Positions 1-9,047 of a DNA stretch of 64,000 nucleotides are shown here, piece after piece. The first letter of the stretch is position 1. Every line of letters starts with the position of its first letter. The stretch covers positions 1-64,000 of the forward strand of contig SFDX01000015.1 in assembly GCA_004557455.1 (NCBI GenBank), read 5' to 3'. The stretch is from Akkermansia muciniphila. Lineage in GTDB: Bacteria; Verrucomicrobiota; Verrucomicrobiia; Verrucomicrobiales; Akkermansiaceae. A program made the position numbers and the translations under genes. The notes under the pieces are model-generated. The model did not search any database and had not been told where the DNA came from. It saw only the letters and a program-made list of their open reading frames with translations.

Positions 1-1
1 C

Positions 2-166
2 CGCCTCCTCGCGCTCTCCGAGATTGCCTGGACCCCCGCGCAGCTGCCCGACGGCTCCCGCCGCGATGCGGATGAATTCGCCGCCCGCCTCCGTGCCCAG
101 CTACCGTACCTCGACGCGCAGCGCGTCAACTACCGGGAGGAATCCGGCAAGCCCCGTCTGGATTAG
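2..166 (+). CDS. C-terminal fragment of a glycoside hydrolase (possibly GH20 beta-hexosaminidase-like); the 5' end lies outside the window
   Basis: Frame 2 translates as RLLALSEIAWTPAQ...LPYLDAQRVNYREESGKPRLD*, resembling the ALSExxW tail of glycosidases. High-GC third positions. The listed ORF at 24..221 is in a different frame. Confidence 0.3.
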   Translation, partial: RLLALSEIAWTPAQLPDGSRRDADEFAARLRAQLPYLDAQRVNYREESGKPRLD

Positions 167-337
167 GCAGGGCAGCCCCGGGGGCGGGCGTGAGATCCTT
201 GAAAAGAAAGCGCGGGAATAGCAAGGAGGTGTTCCGAGCTTACACTCCAGAATTAGCTCTAACGGACTGAATTTCTCATATCAGGAGGGGAAAATGAAGT
301 TTTTTTAAGATTTTTTGCCATCCGACGACAAAATCGC

Positions 338-366
338 TTGACAGGCGTGACGGGATGTTGTAAATT
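338..366 (+). promoter_or_regulatory. sigma70-like promoter TTGACA-17-TAAATT upstream of small exported protein A
   Basis: TTGACA at 338-343, 17-nt spacer ggcgtgacgggatgttg, TAAATT at 361-366, 35 nt before the ATG at 402. Confidence 0.5.
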
Positions 367-401
367 GAGGCCATGAACGAAACTTCTACCCCACTAAGAC
401 C

Positions 402-872
402 ATGAAAATGAAAAAGTATCTGCTGATATTCTTTGTTGTATTGAGTCTATGTGCTCTTTCCGCGTATCTTTCCTGTTTATCAATAAAGAGGGTAAGGGCA
501 ATGGAACGTTCCTATTCAGATAGTCTGGCAATAAGCTACATAAACAGCGAGGTGGAAAAACTCACAATATCCGTAGGAAGTGATAACATCGGTTTCATTT
601 CCCGGGGATCTGAAATTGTGATGAAATGGCTTATCTGTGTTCCCAAGGATTGTACTTCCGAGGACCTCCCATATCAATTGGATCACCTCCGGGATGACTT
701 GATTAGGCGTATGTGGACTTGTGCATGCTGCTCCCCCGATCTGGATGTGTCATGGGAATCAAGGCGACAGCCTCCGGATTGGGTAAAGGATGAATTAATG
801 AATCGGCAATCTGAATATGCTTGTTATTATGAGGTGATTGTACGGTATCGTGGGATTATTTATCGGCAATGA
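402..872 (+). CDS. small exported/membrane-anchored protein, paralog A (Cys-rich, unknown function)
   Basis: 156 aa with N-terminal hydrophobic signal/anchor MKMKKYLLIFFVVLSLCALSAYLS. Shares the C-terminal motif LxxQLDxLRDxLIxxM..C.PD(L/I)DVS...Y.V.VRY.G with the next gene. Low GC relative to the genome. Confidence 0.5.
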   Translation: MKMKKYLLIFFVVLSLCALSAYLSCLSIKRVRAMERSYSDSLAISYINSEVEKLTISVGSDNIGFISRGSEIVMKWLICVPKDCTSEDLPYQLDHLRDDLIRRMWTCACCSPDLDVSWESRRQPPDWVKDELMNRQSEYACYYEVIVRYRGIIYRQ

Positions 873-918
873 TCGGAGTTCTGTTTTATCAAAGGAGATT
901 ACACCCCTAATCCGGAAA

Positions 919-1353
919 ATGAAGAAGTATGTACTGATATCCCTCATCGTTTTGAGTCTGTGTTCTCTTTCCGTGTATCTTACTTATTCTTTAGCAGAGA
1001 AATTAAGATCAAATCTGCTCTCATATTCAGATAAACTTGCAGCCGGTTACATAGATGGTCAAATAAAGAATCTTGCGAAATCAACAGGTTACGATGAGAA
1101 CTGTTTATTTGTTGTCGGGTTGGGCGTTGAGGGGCAATGGCGTCTCTTTCCCGAATCTCGTGCAATTGAGGATCGCCCACCTCAATCTGCCGAACTCCGC
1201 CGTCAATTAGATCAACTCCGGGATAAATTGATTGAGGAAATGTCGACATTGGAGTGCACTCCCGATATAGATGTATCGTGTGAGGAATATCGTCAGGATT
1301 GTTATAAGGTTACTGTAAGGTACAAGGGCGTTAAGGTTAATTGCCGGTTTTGA
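919..1353 (+). CDS. small exported/membrane-anchored protein, paralog B (tandem duplicate of 402..872)
   Basis: MKKYVLISLIVLSLCSLSVYL signal/anchor. Conserved block LRRQLDQLRDKLIEEMSTLECTPDIDVS...YKVTVRYKGV aligns to paralog A. The ORF-track start at 838 is extended upstream; the ATG at 919 gives the signal peptide. Confidence 0.5.
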   Translation: MKKYVLISLIVLSLCSLSVYLTYSLAEKLRSNLLSYSDKLAAGYIDGQIKNLAKSTGYDENCLFVVGLGVEGQWRLFPESRAIEDRPPQSAELRRQLDQLRDKLIEEMSTLECTPDIDVSCEEYRQDCYKVTVRYKGVKVNCRF

Positions 1354-1490
1354 GTAGGAGGAATGGCACCCCGTCGGATTTTATGCTTGCTCTGCACTAT
1401 GTTTCGTTTCCGGAAAAGAATACAGTCGGTGGTTGAACACTGCCGCCTCGGGAGGCCGCGAAATCCTCGAAAAGAAAGTATATTGTGTAA

Positions 1491-2228
1491 ATGAAAAAGA
1501 TATTTTTATGGATATTATTTATGGGCACGATTACACTTTTTGTTTCGTGCAAAAAGTGTAGTGACTTTCAAGTCCTGAACTTCAGTGATTCCGATTGGGA
1601 GGAGGTCGACCCTTTCGACGCGAACGCTATTCTCATGTCAGATGTGGCGTTATTACTTGAGAAATATCAGCAACATCAGAATTTATCTCTTTCTGAAGAG
1701 GAAATTCAGGTATTTTATGATCGGCTGCTTCAAAATACTCAGTTTTTTAGACCCGGTGAGGAAGACAAACCCACTATGCCCCTCACCTGTAAAGGAAAGC
1801 CTGTAATCTTAACAGAAGAGGAAAGTTTAGAAAAACAGCATATGCTTCTGTCCTGGACGGAAGGCAGGCTGTCGCAATTTCAGCCCGAGGCTTTCAGTGA
1901 AAAAACGAAAGGCTATTTCCATATGCTCGGAGTAAAAGCCGACTTGAACGGGGTTGCGTTTGCTTTGACTGAGAATACAAAAACGGAAACGCCGATGGAT
2001 TCTCTTATTCGGCTGGCAATAAGGCGCAATTTGACGGATTGGGAGTGCAGAGGTGAGGCAAAATTGTATTGGTGGACATATAATAATCAACGTTCACTCT
2101 TGTACATTACGCACAGAGTAGCCATCATTTTTTGCGAAAAGTCGCCGGAAGAAGTAGAAGTTGTTTTTTGCCTGAATAGGGGATATTTTCTGAGTAGGCC
2201 ACCGAGAGCAGATGAGGAAGAGGACTAA
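1491..2228 (+). CDS. hypothetical lipoprotein
   Basis: MKKIFLWILFMGTITLFVSCKKCSD is a signal peptide with a lipobox-like LFVSC; 245 aa; AT-rich codon usage like the two preceding genes. Confidence 0.5.
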   Translation: MKKIFLWILFMGTITLFVSCKKCSDFQVLNFSDSDWEEVDPFDANAILMSDVALLLEKYQQHQNLSLSEEEIQVFYDRLLQNTQFFRPGEEDKPTMPLTCKGKPVILTEEESLEKQHMLLSWTEGRLSQFQPEAFSEKTKGYFHMLGVKADLNGVAFALTENTKTETPMDSLIRLAIRRNLTDWECRGEAKLYWWTYNNQRSLLYITHRVAIIFCEKSPEEVEVVFCLNRGYFLSRPPRADEEED

Positions 2229-2399
2229 GGTCTCGTCTGCGAAATCAGAGCACCACCTTGCTATCCGCACATTTTCCCGGGATTCCGTGCACTCCCGATG
2301 CGTCCATGCAGCTGCGCACCGGTACTCGGCTGTATTCTTTCAAGAACCGAAACATAACATAGGGCAGGCATAAAATCCTGCGGGGTGCAGAGAATAGAA

Positions 2400-2428
2400 T
2401 TGACAAGCCCGGCTGCATATGCGATAAT
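2400..2428 (+). promoter_or_regulatory. sigma70-like promoter TTGACA-17-GATAAT about 260 nt upstream of the ECF sigma operon (long leader)
   Basis: TTGACA at 2400-2405, spacer agcccggctgcatatgc, GATAAT at 2423-2428. The downstream 250-nt non-coding leader contains hairpins such as GTGTGTcagagaaaggtACACAC. Confidence 0.4.
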
Positions 2429-2688
2429 CCTCTTTCCACCCCGTCCGGAATTGTCCCGGGCGAGTGTGTCAGAGAAAGGTACACACCTCAGTCCTGTCGG
2501 AGTATCAATGACCTTTTATGCCATATCGACTCACATGGAGCTGCCTCGAGCGTTCGGCCCTCCTCTTGTTGCATTTTCAGGCAGCGAACGGGCCCGATTC
2601 GGCGCGCCTGATTTGACGGAGGGACGTTTTTTCTGACATATCTTCAACTTTTTTTCGTTACAGGGCCCCGCAGAATCGTTTATTTATA

Positions 2689-3270
2689 ATGAAGATGGAC
2701 AACCATGCACATGCAGAACCCCGCCCGGGTGCGCCGGAAACGCCCCTGGAGAGCTGTGTTGCATGGTTTCGGGAGCAACAGCGCGTCCTGGCAGCCTTTG
2801 CGGAATTACAAGCCGCGGGCATGTTGGAGGCGGAGGAGTTGCTATCCGAAGCCCTCAAGCGGGTAGCCGCTGCCGTGGTGCACGGAGCGGTGCCCCCGCA
2901 CCCGGAGAAGCTGACTCCCTACTGTCTTCGCGTCATCCGCAACGCCGCCATCGATGCCAAGAAAAGGCACGAGATACGCCGCCGCACGGAGCTCGCCTAC
3001 GCCAAGGAAGATGAGACTGCGGCGCGCGGGGTTCGCCCGGGGGATCCCCTCGCGACGGCGGAGCTGCGGGATGACTGTCAACGGGCCATGCAGATGCTGC
3101 GACAGCTACCGCCTGTGCTTGCCGAGGTGGTACTGCTGCGCATCTGGCAGGATATGAACTATCGGGACATCGGCGAGGTGCTGGGCATACCGGTCACCAC
3201 CGCGCAGAGTCGTTACAGTACCGCCATCACGCGGCTCCAAACCCTATTCCACCATCATCATGAATCATAA
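2689..3270 (+). CDS. ECF-family RNA polymerase sigma factor (sigma-70 regions 2 and 4)
   Basis: Region 2-like YCLRVIRNAAIDAKKRHE and region 4 helix-turn-helix LPPVLAEVVLLRIWQDMNYRDIGEVLGIPVTTAQSRYSTAITRL. Start may be 2689 or 2695. Confidence 0.8.
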   Translation: MKMDNHAHAEPRPGAPETPLESCVAWFREQQRVLAAFAELQAAGMLEAEELLSEALKRVAAAVVHGAVPPHPEKLTPYCLRVIRNAAIDAKKRHEIRRRTELAYAKEDETAARGVRPGDPLATAELRDDCQRAMQMLRQLPPVLAEVVLLRIWQDMNYRDIGEVLGIPVTTAQSRYSTAITRLQTLFHHHHES

Positions 3271-3706
3271 GCAAGAGGAGATCGAAAACCTGTTGAGGGG
3301 CATGCCCCTCCCCGAGCTGCCGAGTGAGCAGGCCCGGCGGCTGGAGGACGATTTCATCCGCCAATTCCAAGCCGAGCTTGCGCCGCCGACGCGCTCCTAC
3401 GCGGCCCCGTTCTTGGCTGCGGCAGCCGTTCTGCTGTTTGCCTTGGTCGTCGGCCTGTGGTACGAGATGACACGCCCCCCGATCGGTGTGGCCCCCGTAG
3501 CCTCCGTGAAGCCTGCGGCCTCCCCTGTCATTCCCGCGGTCAGCAAGCGCTTCTGCTCCGCCGAGCTGAAGGGGCGCACCGCCGGGGGACGCTGCTACAC
3601 CGTGCACAGCGAGCGCCGCGTGTGCCTGCCACCCTCCGGCGGCTGCTCCGTCTGCGTGACCATCCCCGAAAGCACCGAAATCATCATCCCGGACGAACCG
3701 ATCTGA
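3260..3706 (+). CDS. putative anti-sigma factor (single-pass membrane protein with a Cys-rich C-terminal domain)
   Basis: Overlaps the sigma gene stop by 11 nt. One TM helix APFLAAAAVLLFALVVGLWY. C-terminal CYTVHSERRVCLPPSGGCSVC. The position is typical for an anti-sigma partner. Confidence 0.5.
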   Translation: MNHKQEEIENLLRGMPLPELPSEQARRLEDDFIRQFQAELAPPTRSYAAPFLAAAAVLLFALVVGLWYEMTRPPIGVAPVASVKPAASPVIPAVSKRFCSAELKGRTAGGRCYTVHSERRVCLPPSGGCSVCVTIPESTEIIIPDEPI

Positions 3707-4401
3707 TGTCCCACCGTATCACCATTCTCTTCAGCACGCTGCTCCTGCTTCTGCTCTCCGTTGTATGGGGGGCGGCCCCCGCTGCCCTGCGCGTCACCTT
3801 CGGGGTGGTGGGGGTGGAGGACCCGGAGGGGCGCGGGCTTATCGTCACCCGACTGGTGCGGCTCAGCCCGGCGGAGAAAGCGGGGGTGCGGCCCACCGAT
3901 ATGCTGCTGAACGTAGCGGGCAAGCCCGTGCCCACCCGCCCCGCCTTGGTCGATGCCTTGGCGGATAAGAACCCGGGCGATGAAGTACCCGTCATTCTGC
4001 TGCGCGACGGGCGCGAGAAGCGGCTGACCGTGACGCTGGGTGAGCGTGCCCCCGGGGACCCGGCCGCCTCCCGCGCCGCAGACCCCATCAGTGCCGAGAA
4101 GATGGCCTTCATCATCGAGTGCCAGAAGCGCCTCGCTCGCATGCTGTCCGGGGAGAAGCCGGACACGAGGCTGCTGCTGGAGCTGGGGGCCCAAATCCGC
4201 ACCGCGACCGGCGGCCTGGCGGGGGCAGGCTCCACCACGCTCCGTTATACCGATGCACAGGGGATGATTACCCTCACCGTTACCCCCGCCGCTGTGGATG
4301 TGGAAGCCGGGGGCATTCACTACTCCGTCACCGACGGGCAAGAGACATCGGCGCTCCCTGCCGAGCTGCGCGCTCGTCTCTACCGACTCAGCCAACCATG
4401 A
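3706..4401 (+). CDS. membrane-anchored PDZ-domain protein
   Basis: ATG overlaps the upstream stop (TGATG). N-terminal TM helix ILFSTLLLLLLSVVW. PDZ-like GLIVTRLVRLSPAEKAGVRPTDMLLNVAGKPV....DEVPVILLRDGREKRLTVTL. The ORF-track start at 3457 is an upstream extension. Confidence 0.6.
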   Translation: MSHRITILFSTLLLLLLSVVWGAAPAALRVTFGVVGVEDPEGRGLIVTRLVRLSPAEKAGVRPTDMLLNVAGKPVPTRPALVDALADKNPGDEVPVILLRDGREKRLTVTLGERAPGDPAASRAADPISAEKMAFIIECQKRLARMLSGEKPDTRLLLELGAQIRTATGGLAGAGSTTLRYTDAQGMITLTVTPAAVDVEAGGIHYSVTDGQETSALPAELRARLYRLSQP

Positions 4402-7400
4402 AGACACCCCTCATCTTTCTGCTGGCCGCCCTCAGCGTAGGCGCCCAAAACGCCTCGCCCGGTGGGGAGGCTCCCCGCGTCAGTGACAGATTGATCATCG
4501 ATGCCAAGCTCATCGAATTAGCCCTCCCCGGCCTGAGCGAAGAGCAGTTGCAATGCGCCGCCGAGTTGGGCAAGGTGCGGGACCGCGCCGCGCTCATCGA
4601 CATTCTGCACCGCCGCCTTGCTGCGCCGGATCTCTCACCGGATGATGCACTGCTGTATATCTGTATTCTGAACCGCTGGTGCGGGCATGAGTGTGAGCTG
4701 GAATCCGCCCGCTTGCTCGGCGCCCTGGCACGGGCGATGGAGCGCGGTGACACGCCGGAGACGCTGATGCCGCGTCTGCGCCGCTTGCATGGCCTGCACC
4801 CCTCCGCGCTGCGTGCGTTGCTGAACAACCGTGCCCCCGTGCCCCCTGCCGTCGCCCCTCGCCGGGTGGAGGCCGCGCCACTGCGGGCACTCGATGACCC
4901 GGCGGCGGCGCTCCGCGAGATGCCGGATGCCTCGGCGGTTGCTCTGCCTGCCTGGCGGGATGATCTCCTGGGCGCCCCCGGTACCGCAGCGCAGGATTTG
5001 CAGCACCTGCGGGAGCAGTTGGAGCAACCGAGGCTCGGCACCCTGCTGGCCTTCGCCCTCAAGGAGGCCGAGGCCGCCCTGCCGGAGGACTTCTTCCGCG
5101 CCCGCATGGGGGTGGAGGGTTATGATGAGTTCACCACCGCCGTATCCGTTACCCTGCTGCGGGACGGTATCGACATCGTCCTCACCCCTCAGGGGCCCCG
5201 CTTCTCGATGGATGATGCGGACCTGCGTGCGCGCTCCCGCGCCTTGCAACTCGCACTGCACCGCTGCGTGTTGCGCCTGGCTTTGGCAGAGCGCGACGGC
5301 AAGCGAGAGGAGCTGCTACGCGATGCGAAGAGCTTGGCGGGGCTGCTGAACCGCTGCAATGCCTGGCCCCTGCTGCTCAACCAGTACGAACTGCGCGGGG
5401 TGAGTCCCGCGGCTCTGCATGCGCTGGTGCGGGACTTCCGCGGGCCCGCCACGCTGCGCCGTGCCATGGTGCTCACCCTGCTGCGGGATGACCCGGCGGG
5501 GCGTCTCGCGACGCTCGCGGGGGAGGGGGAGCTTGCGGGTGAGACCTTCCTCGCGCTGCTGGACCCACAGAGAAGCCCGGAGGAGAAGTCGGAGCTGCGC
5601 CGCGAGGCCTCCCGGGCTGTGGGGCTCGACCTGCCGCCGCTGTGCTTGGGAGAGGCCCTGCCGGCACGCACGCGCCTGTGGTACACCGCCGTGGCCGCTC
5701 AGCTTTACCCGGAGGCTTGGGAGACCTTGGTCGCCCTGGGACCCGCCTCACAGATATCGGAGTTCAATCGCCGCTGCGGGGACTGCATGCCGCGCGCGGC
5801 CAAGCTTGCGCTCATCGAGAAGTTAGCAGAGGAAGAACAACGCCCGGAGGCAACGCGGCTGGCGGCGGAATGGTTGGCGCGCCTGAACTCCGGGGTGGAG
5901 CTCGGTTCGCAGGCGCTGGCGGAGAAGTTGCGTTCGTACATTGCCCCTGCGCCGCTTCCCGCGCAGCGTCCCGCTTTGGTAGAGGGGGAGTACGAGTGGC
6001 ACCCCATCGGGCGCCGTCCCTTCCGCGGCGGCATTGTCGCGCTCAGGACGCAGCCCCTCACCCTCGATCCGCTCAGCACCCCCATCGTTCTGCGCACGGA
6101 GCAGGGGGCCACGCAGGCTCTGCCGCTCTCGCAGCTCAGTGAGGAGGATGCGGAACATGTGCAGGATTGGCTTGCTCGCAACCGCTTGGTTCCCTGGCAT
6201 TTGACGAACCGCCGAGGCGTGGGGCAGCAGCCTGCCGTGCTGCTCGGGCGCGCGGAGCGCTTCATCCCCTGTGAGGGGATGGATCTGGTGCGCGCGCTGC
6301 GCTTCGGGGCGGATTACGCGGGGGAGGGGCAGTTGCTCCTGCGCCTGGCGGATGCCTCGTGGCAGAGCGTGGGGCGCCGCGAGCTCAGCGACGAGGAGTG
6401 GGAGCGCGGGCTCCGCAGTGTGCGGGAGGCCGAGGGGCTCCGCCTGCTCGGGTCGCCGCTCGGGGGCGGGGCAGGGCTGCTTCGCGTGGAGGAGCCGCAG
6501 CACGGTTCGCATGCGGTGGAGGGTATGGCGCAACTGCGTTGTTTCCGTTCGCGGGAGGAAGCTCTCGCTGTGGCGGAGGCGGAGGGGCTGCCCCTGCTGC
6601 AGTGGGAGCTGGGTGCCCCGGGCAGCGAGGCGGAGCGTCTGTGGCAGCGGCGCATGAGCGATCCCATGCTCGTGGACCTCTGTAACCGCTCCTGCGCGCT
6701 GTGGGGCAGCCGCGGTTCGGGTGCGGCTGAGGGTACCCTGAAGCTGTCGGCGGGGGATGCCTCTGTCTCTGCTTCCACGCTGCCGCCTCCTGCGGAGGAT
6801 CTCCCCCTCTCTCGCTTGCTGCAACTCATTCGGGAGGGGCGTGTGGACGAGGTGCGTGCCTTGGTCACGGAGAAAAAGGCCCTGTTGCATTCAAGGAATG
6901 TCAATGGTCAAACCCCGCTGGCCTGTGCCGTGGTGTGCGGGCAGCAGGAGGTGATCGCGGTGCTGATGGAGCAGGGGGCCGATCCCCTGGATACCGGCGG
7001 CGGGTATCCTCCGCTTTGTGAGGCTGCGGCGCGCCGCCTGCCGCTGCAACAGCTCTTCTTTGATTACGGCTATACGCCGGACCGATGTGAGGAGGAAACG
7101 GGCTGCGGGCTCATCCCCGCCTTGTTCCGAGGCGATGTTCCCGATGCATCGGAGGTCTTGGCGCGCGTGGATGAGCTGCTGACTGCAGGGGCGGATATCA
7201 ATGCGCCTGCCTCTCCCGACGGGACGACGGCGCTGGAGCGTGCCATCGCGCTGCGGCGTGCGGACTTGGTGCTCGGGCTCATGCAGCGCGGGGCGGATGC
7301 GCGCGGGCTCCGCTCGGTCGAGGGGGAGATTTATCCCCTGCCCATCGGGTTGATTCGCGACCGAAAAGCTGTGCCTCGGGAGGTGCTCGTGGCGCTGCTC

Positions 7401-7841
7401 AAGGGCGGTTACGACCCGAATACCACCTCGCCTGCTACCTCGCGCAGCATGCTCAGCATGGCCGTTAAGGAGGGGGATGTTGAGCTGGTGCGCTTGCTCC
7501 TGGAGCGCGGCGCCAATGCCAACACGCACGTCGGGCCTTGGTCGGTGCTGATGTATGCCGCCTGGCAGACGGGGGCACTTGCCTGCTCCGGGGAAAGTGA
7601 GGAGGAGCATGAGACTGTCGTGCGGAAACAACTCGCCATCGCGCAGCTTTTGTTGGACCACGGCGCGGATGTCAATGCCACGACTGTCTTCGGCGGGACC
7701 TCTGTCAGCGTGCTGGATTTCGCGATGCTGCGTCTCCCCGTCGACGGCTCGGAGGAAATGCCTTGCTGCGCCGACCCGCGTTTCGCTCGCTTCCTCGAGG
7801 AGCGCGGCGGCAAACACTTGAACTCGTCTTCTAACCATTGA
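4398..7841 (+). CDS. large secreted protein with C-terminal ankyrin repeats
   Basis: ATGA overlap with the PDZ gene. Signal peptide MKTPLIFLLAALSVGAQN. 1147 aa. At least 4 ankyrin-like repeats at the C-terminus (NGQTPLACAVVCGQQEVIAVLMEQGADP; DGTTALERAIALRRADLVLGLMQRGADA; SMLSMAVKEGDVELVRLLLERGANAN; LLLDHGADVNA). Confidence 0.6.
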   Translation: MKTPLIFLLAALSVGAQNASPGGEAPRVSDRLIIDAKLIELALPGLSEEQLQCAAELGKVRDRAALIDILHRRLAAPDLSPDDALLYICILNRWCGHECELESARLLGALARAMERGDTPETLMPRLRRLHGLHPSALRALLNNRAPVPPAVAPRRVEAAPLRALDDPAAALREMPDASAVALPAWRDDLLGAPGTAAQDLQHLREQLEQPRLGTLLAFALKEAEAALPEDFFRARMGVEGYDEFTTAVSVTLLRDGIDIVLTPQGPRFSMDDADLRARSRALQLALHRCVLRLALAERDGKREELLRDAKSLAGLLNRCNAWPLLLNQYELRGVSPAALHALVRDFRGPATLRRAMVLTLLRDDPAGRLATLAGEGELAGETFLALLDPQRSPEEKSELRREASRAVGLDLPPLCLGEALPARTRLWYTAVAAQLYPEAWETLVALGPASQISEFNRRCGDCMPRAAKLALIEKLAEEEQRPEATRLAAEWLARLNSGVELGSQALAEKLRSYIAPAPLPAQRPALVEGEYEWHPIGRRPFRGGIVALRTQPLTLDPLSTPIVLRTEQGATQALPLSQLSEEDAEHVQDWLARNRLVPWHLTNRRGVGQQPAVLLGRAERFIPCEGMDLVRALRFGADYAGEGQLLLRLADASWQSVGRRELSDEEWERGLRSVREAEGLRLLGSPLGGGAGLLRVEEPQHGSHAVEGMAQLRCFRSREEALAVAEAEGLPLLQWELGAPGSEAERLWQRRMSDPMLVDLCNRSCALWGSRGSGAAEGTLKLSAGDASVSASTLPPPAEDLPLSRLLQLIREGRVDEVRALVTEKKALLHSRNVNGQTPLACAVVCGQQEVIAVLMEQGADPLDTGGGYPPLCEAAARRLPLQQLFFDYGYTPDRCEEETGCGLIPALFRGDVPDASEVLARVDELLTAGADINAPASPDGTTALERAIALRRADLVLGLMQRGADARGLRSVEGEIYPLPIGLIRDRKAVPREVLVALLKGGYDPNTTSPATSRSMLSMAVKEGDVELVRLLLERGANANTHVGPWSVLMYAAWQTGALACSGESEEEHETVVRKQLAIAQLLLDHGADVNATTVFGGTSVSVLDFAMLRLPVDGSEEMPCCADPRFARFLEERGGKHLNSSSNH

Positions 7842-7846
7842 TTGTG

Positions 7847-8758
7847 ATGAAATACACCGTTCTGTTCTTTCTGTCGGCGGCTCTCGCTCTTTCGGCGCAG
7901 GAGCTGACTCCCCGAATCTCCGAGGATCTGGCGAGTCTCCTCAGCGCGGAACACGCCGCCGCTGTTCTGCGGCATGAGAAGGCCCTCGGTAAGGCCTTCG
8001 ATCGTGCCCTGTATCGGCAGGAGGCCGCGCGCATCCTCCGCAGCGGGCAGGAGCTGCCCGACCCGCAGAAGAGTGCCTGCCCGGAGGCGGCCGAGTTCGC
8101 TAACAATGTCCTGCATTTCTATGAGGGGGACGTTGACCCGGAGCTTCTGCTGAGCAAGACGGATCAGATGCTGCAGCGCGGGGATTGGGGGTCCCATGCC
8201 TTCGAGCAGGAGATGCAGCAGCTTCGCTTCCGCCTGCGCAGGGATTACCTGCCCCTCCTGCGCGTCCGCGAGCAGCAGCGGGAGAAGAATCTGCTGGCGG
8301 CTAACGCTCTGCGGGACGGGGTGACGGTGCTGCCCAACGGTATCCAGTACGAGGTTGAGCCGGGCAGTGACTCGATCCGGGATATAACCCGCGGCACCTC
8401 CGAGTCCGGTATCCTCTTCTTCACTCGCGTGACGAATGATATGCGCTTCGAGTCGCTCCCCGCTTGCCTCCGGGACGTCGCCGACTCCCTTCCGCGCGGG
8501 CGAAGCTGGGTGATCTACATCCCCGGCCCTCTGCTCACTCAGGAAGCTGAGGCCGCACGGCGTCAGGCGGCGGAAGACCAACAACGCCGGGAGGCCAAAC
8601 TACGCTCCCTCCTCGGCTCCGTTCCTCCGCCCCCGCCCCCGGCCCCCGCTCCCCGCGCCGCCTCCACTCCCGTTCCCCTCCTGAAACTCCGCCTCTGGAA
8701 GGATGACCCCGACCACCCCGTCGATGTCCTCCCGGACACCCACACCGACGCTTTGTAA
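7847..8758 (+). CDS. secreted FKBP_N-domain protein (degenerate FkpA/Mip-like PPIase) with a Pro-rich tail
   Basis: Signal peptide MKYTVLFFLSAALALSAQE. ANALRDGVTVLPNGIQYEVEPGSD matches the FKBP N-terminal domain-to-PPIase junction. The PPIase core is degenerate. PPPPPPAPAP tail. An alternative TTG start lies at 7838. Confidence 0.5.
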   Translation: MKYTVLFFLSAALALSAQELTPRISEDLASLLSAEHAAAVLRHEKALGKAFDRALYRQEAARILRSGQELPDPQKSACPEAAEFANNVLHFYEGDVDPELLLSKTDQMLQRGDWGSHAFEQEMQQLRFRLRRDYLPLLRVREQQREKNLLAANALRDGVTVLPNGIQYEVEPGSDSIRDITRGTSESGILFFTRVTNDMRFESLPACLRDVADSLPRGRSWVIYIPGPLLTQEAEAARRQAAEDQQRREAKLRSLLGSVPPPPPPAPAPRAASTPVPLLKLRLWKDDPDHPVDVLPDTHTDAL

Positions 8759-8796
8759 CAAACGTAAACGGAGAACAGAACCGAGCGAATACCGAA

Positions 8797-8816
8797 CGAG
8801 ACTTCACACCGCAGTG
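8797..8816 (+). repeat. conserved 20-nt box cgagacttcacaScgcagtg, copy 1, immediately after a stop codon
   Basis: Near-identical to 14365..14384 (19 of 20 nt); both lie directly downstream of plus-strand gene stops. Confidence 0.4.
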
Positions 8817-9047
8817 GGAGTCGGCAACTCTCGGTTTCAATGGTCGCGGCGGTGTGCAGTCTCCTCCGACATCTGCTCAGCGCCGACCCCTTAATCAGCT
8901 TTCGGCCATGTACATTCATGGACGGCATTTTGTACACCGGAAACGTGCACGCTGACTATACCGCTGTACGCAGTGCCTCGCAAGCCAAACCCCTTGAAAC
9001 TAAAGGCCCCACGGGGGAAATCCGTGGGGTGCAAGTGTTATTTGAGC

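Noticed and set aside
24-221. 65-aa ORF MPGPPRSCPTAPAAMRMNSPPAS...
   Set aside because: Pro/Ser/Arg-rich out-of-frame reading of the glycosidase 3' end; frame 2 gives the sensible protein tail.
2612-2690. ECF-type autoregulatory promoter (GAAC...CGT) immediately upstream of the sigma gene
   Set aside because: Only weak sigma70-like hexamers (GTTACA-17-TATAAT) were found, and the latter overlaps the annotated ATG; no convincing ECF -35/-10 pair was found.
5823-6890. 355-aa minus-strand ORF and several other 100-300-aa ORFs between 4.4 and 7.8 kb
   Set aside because: Lie inside or antisense to the large ankyrin-repeat gene; Arg/Pro/Gln-rich with no motifs.
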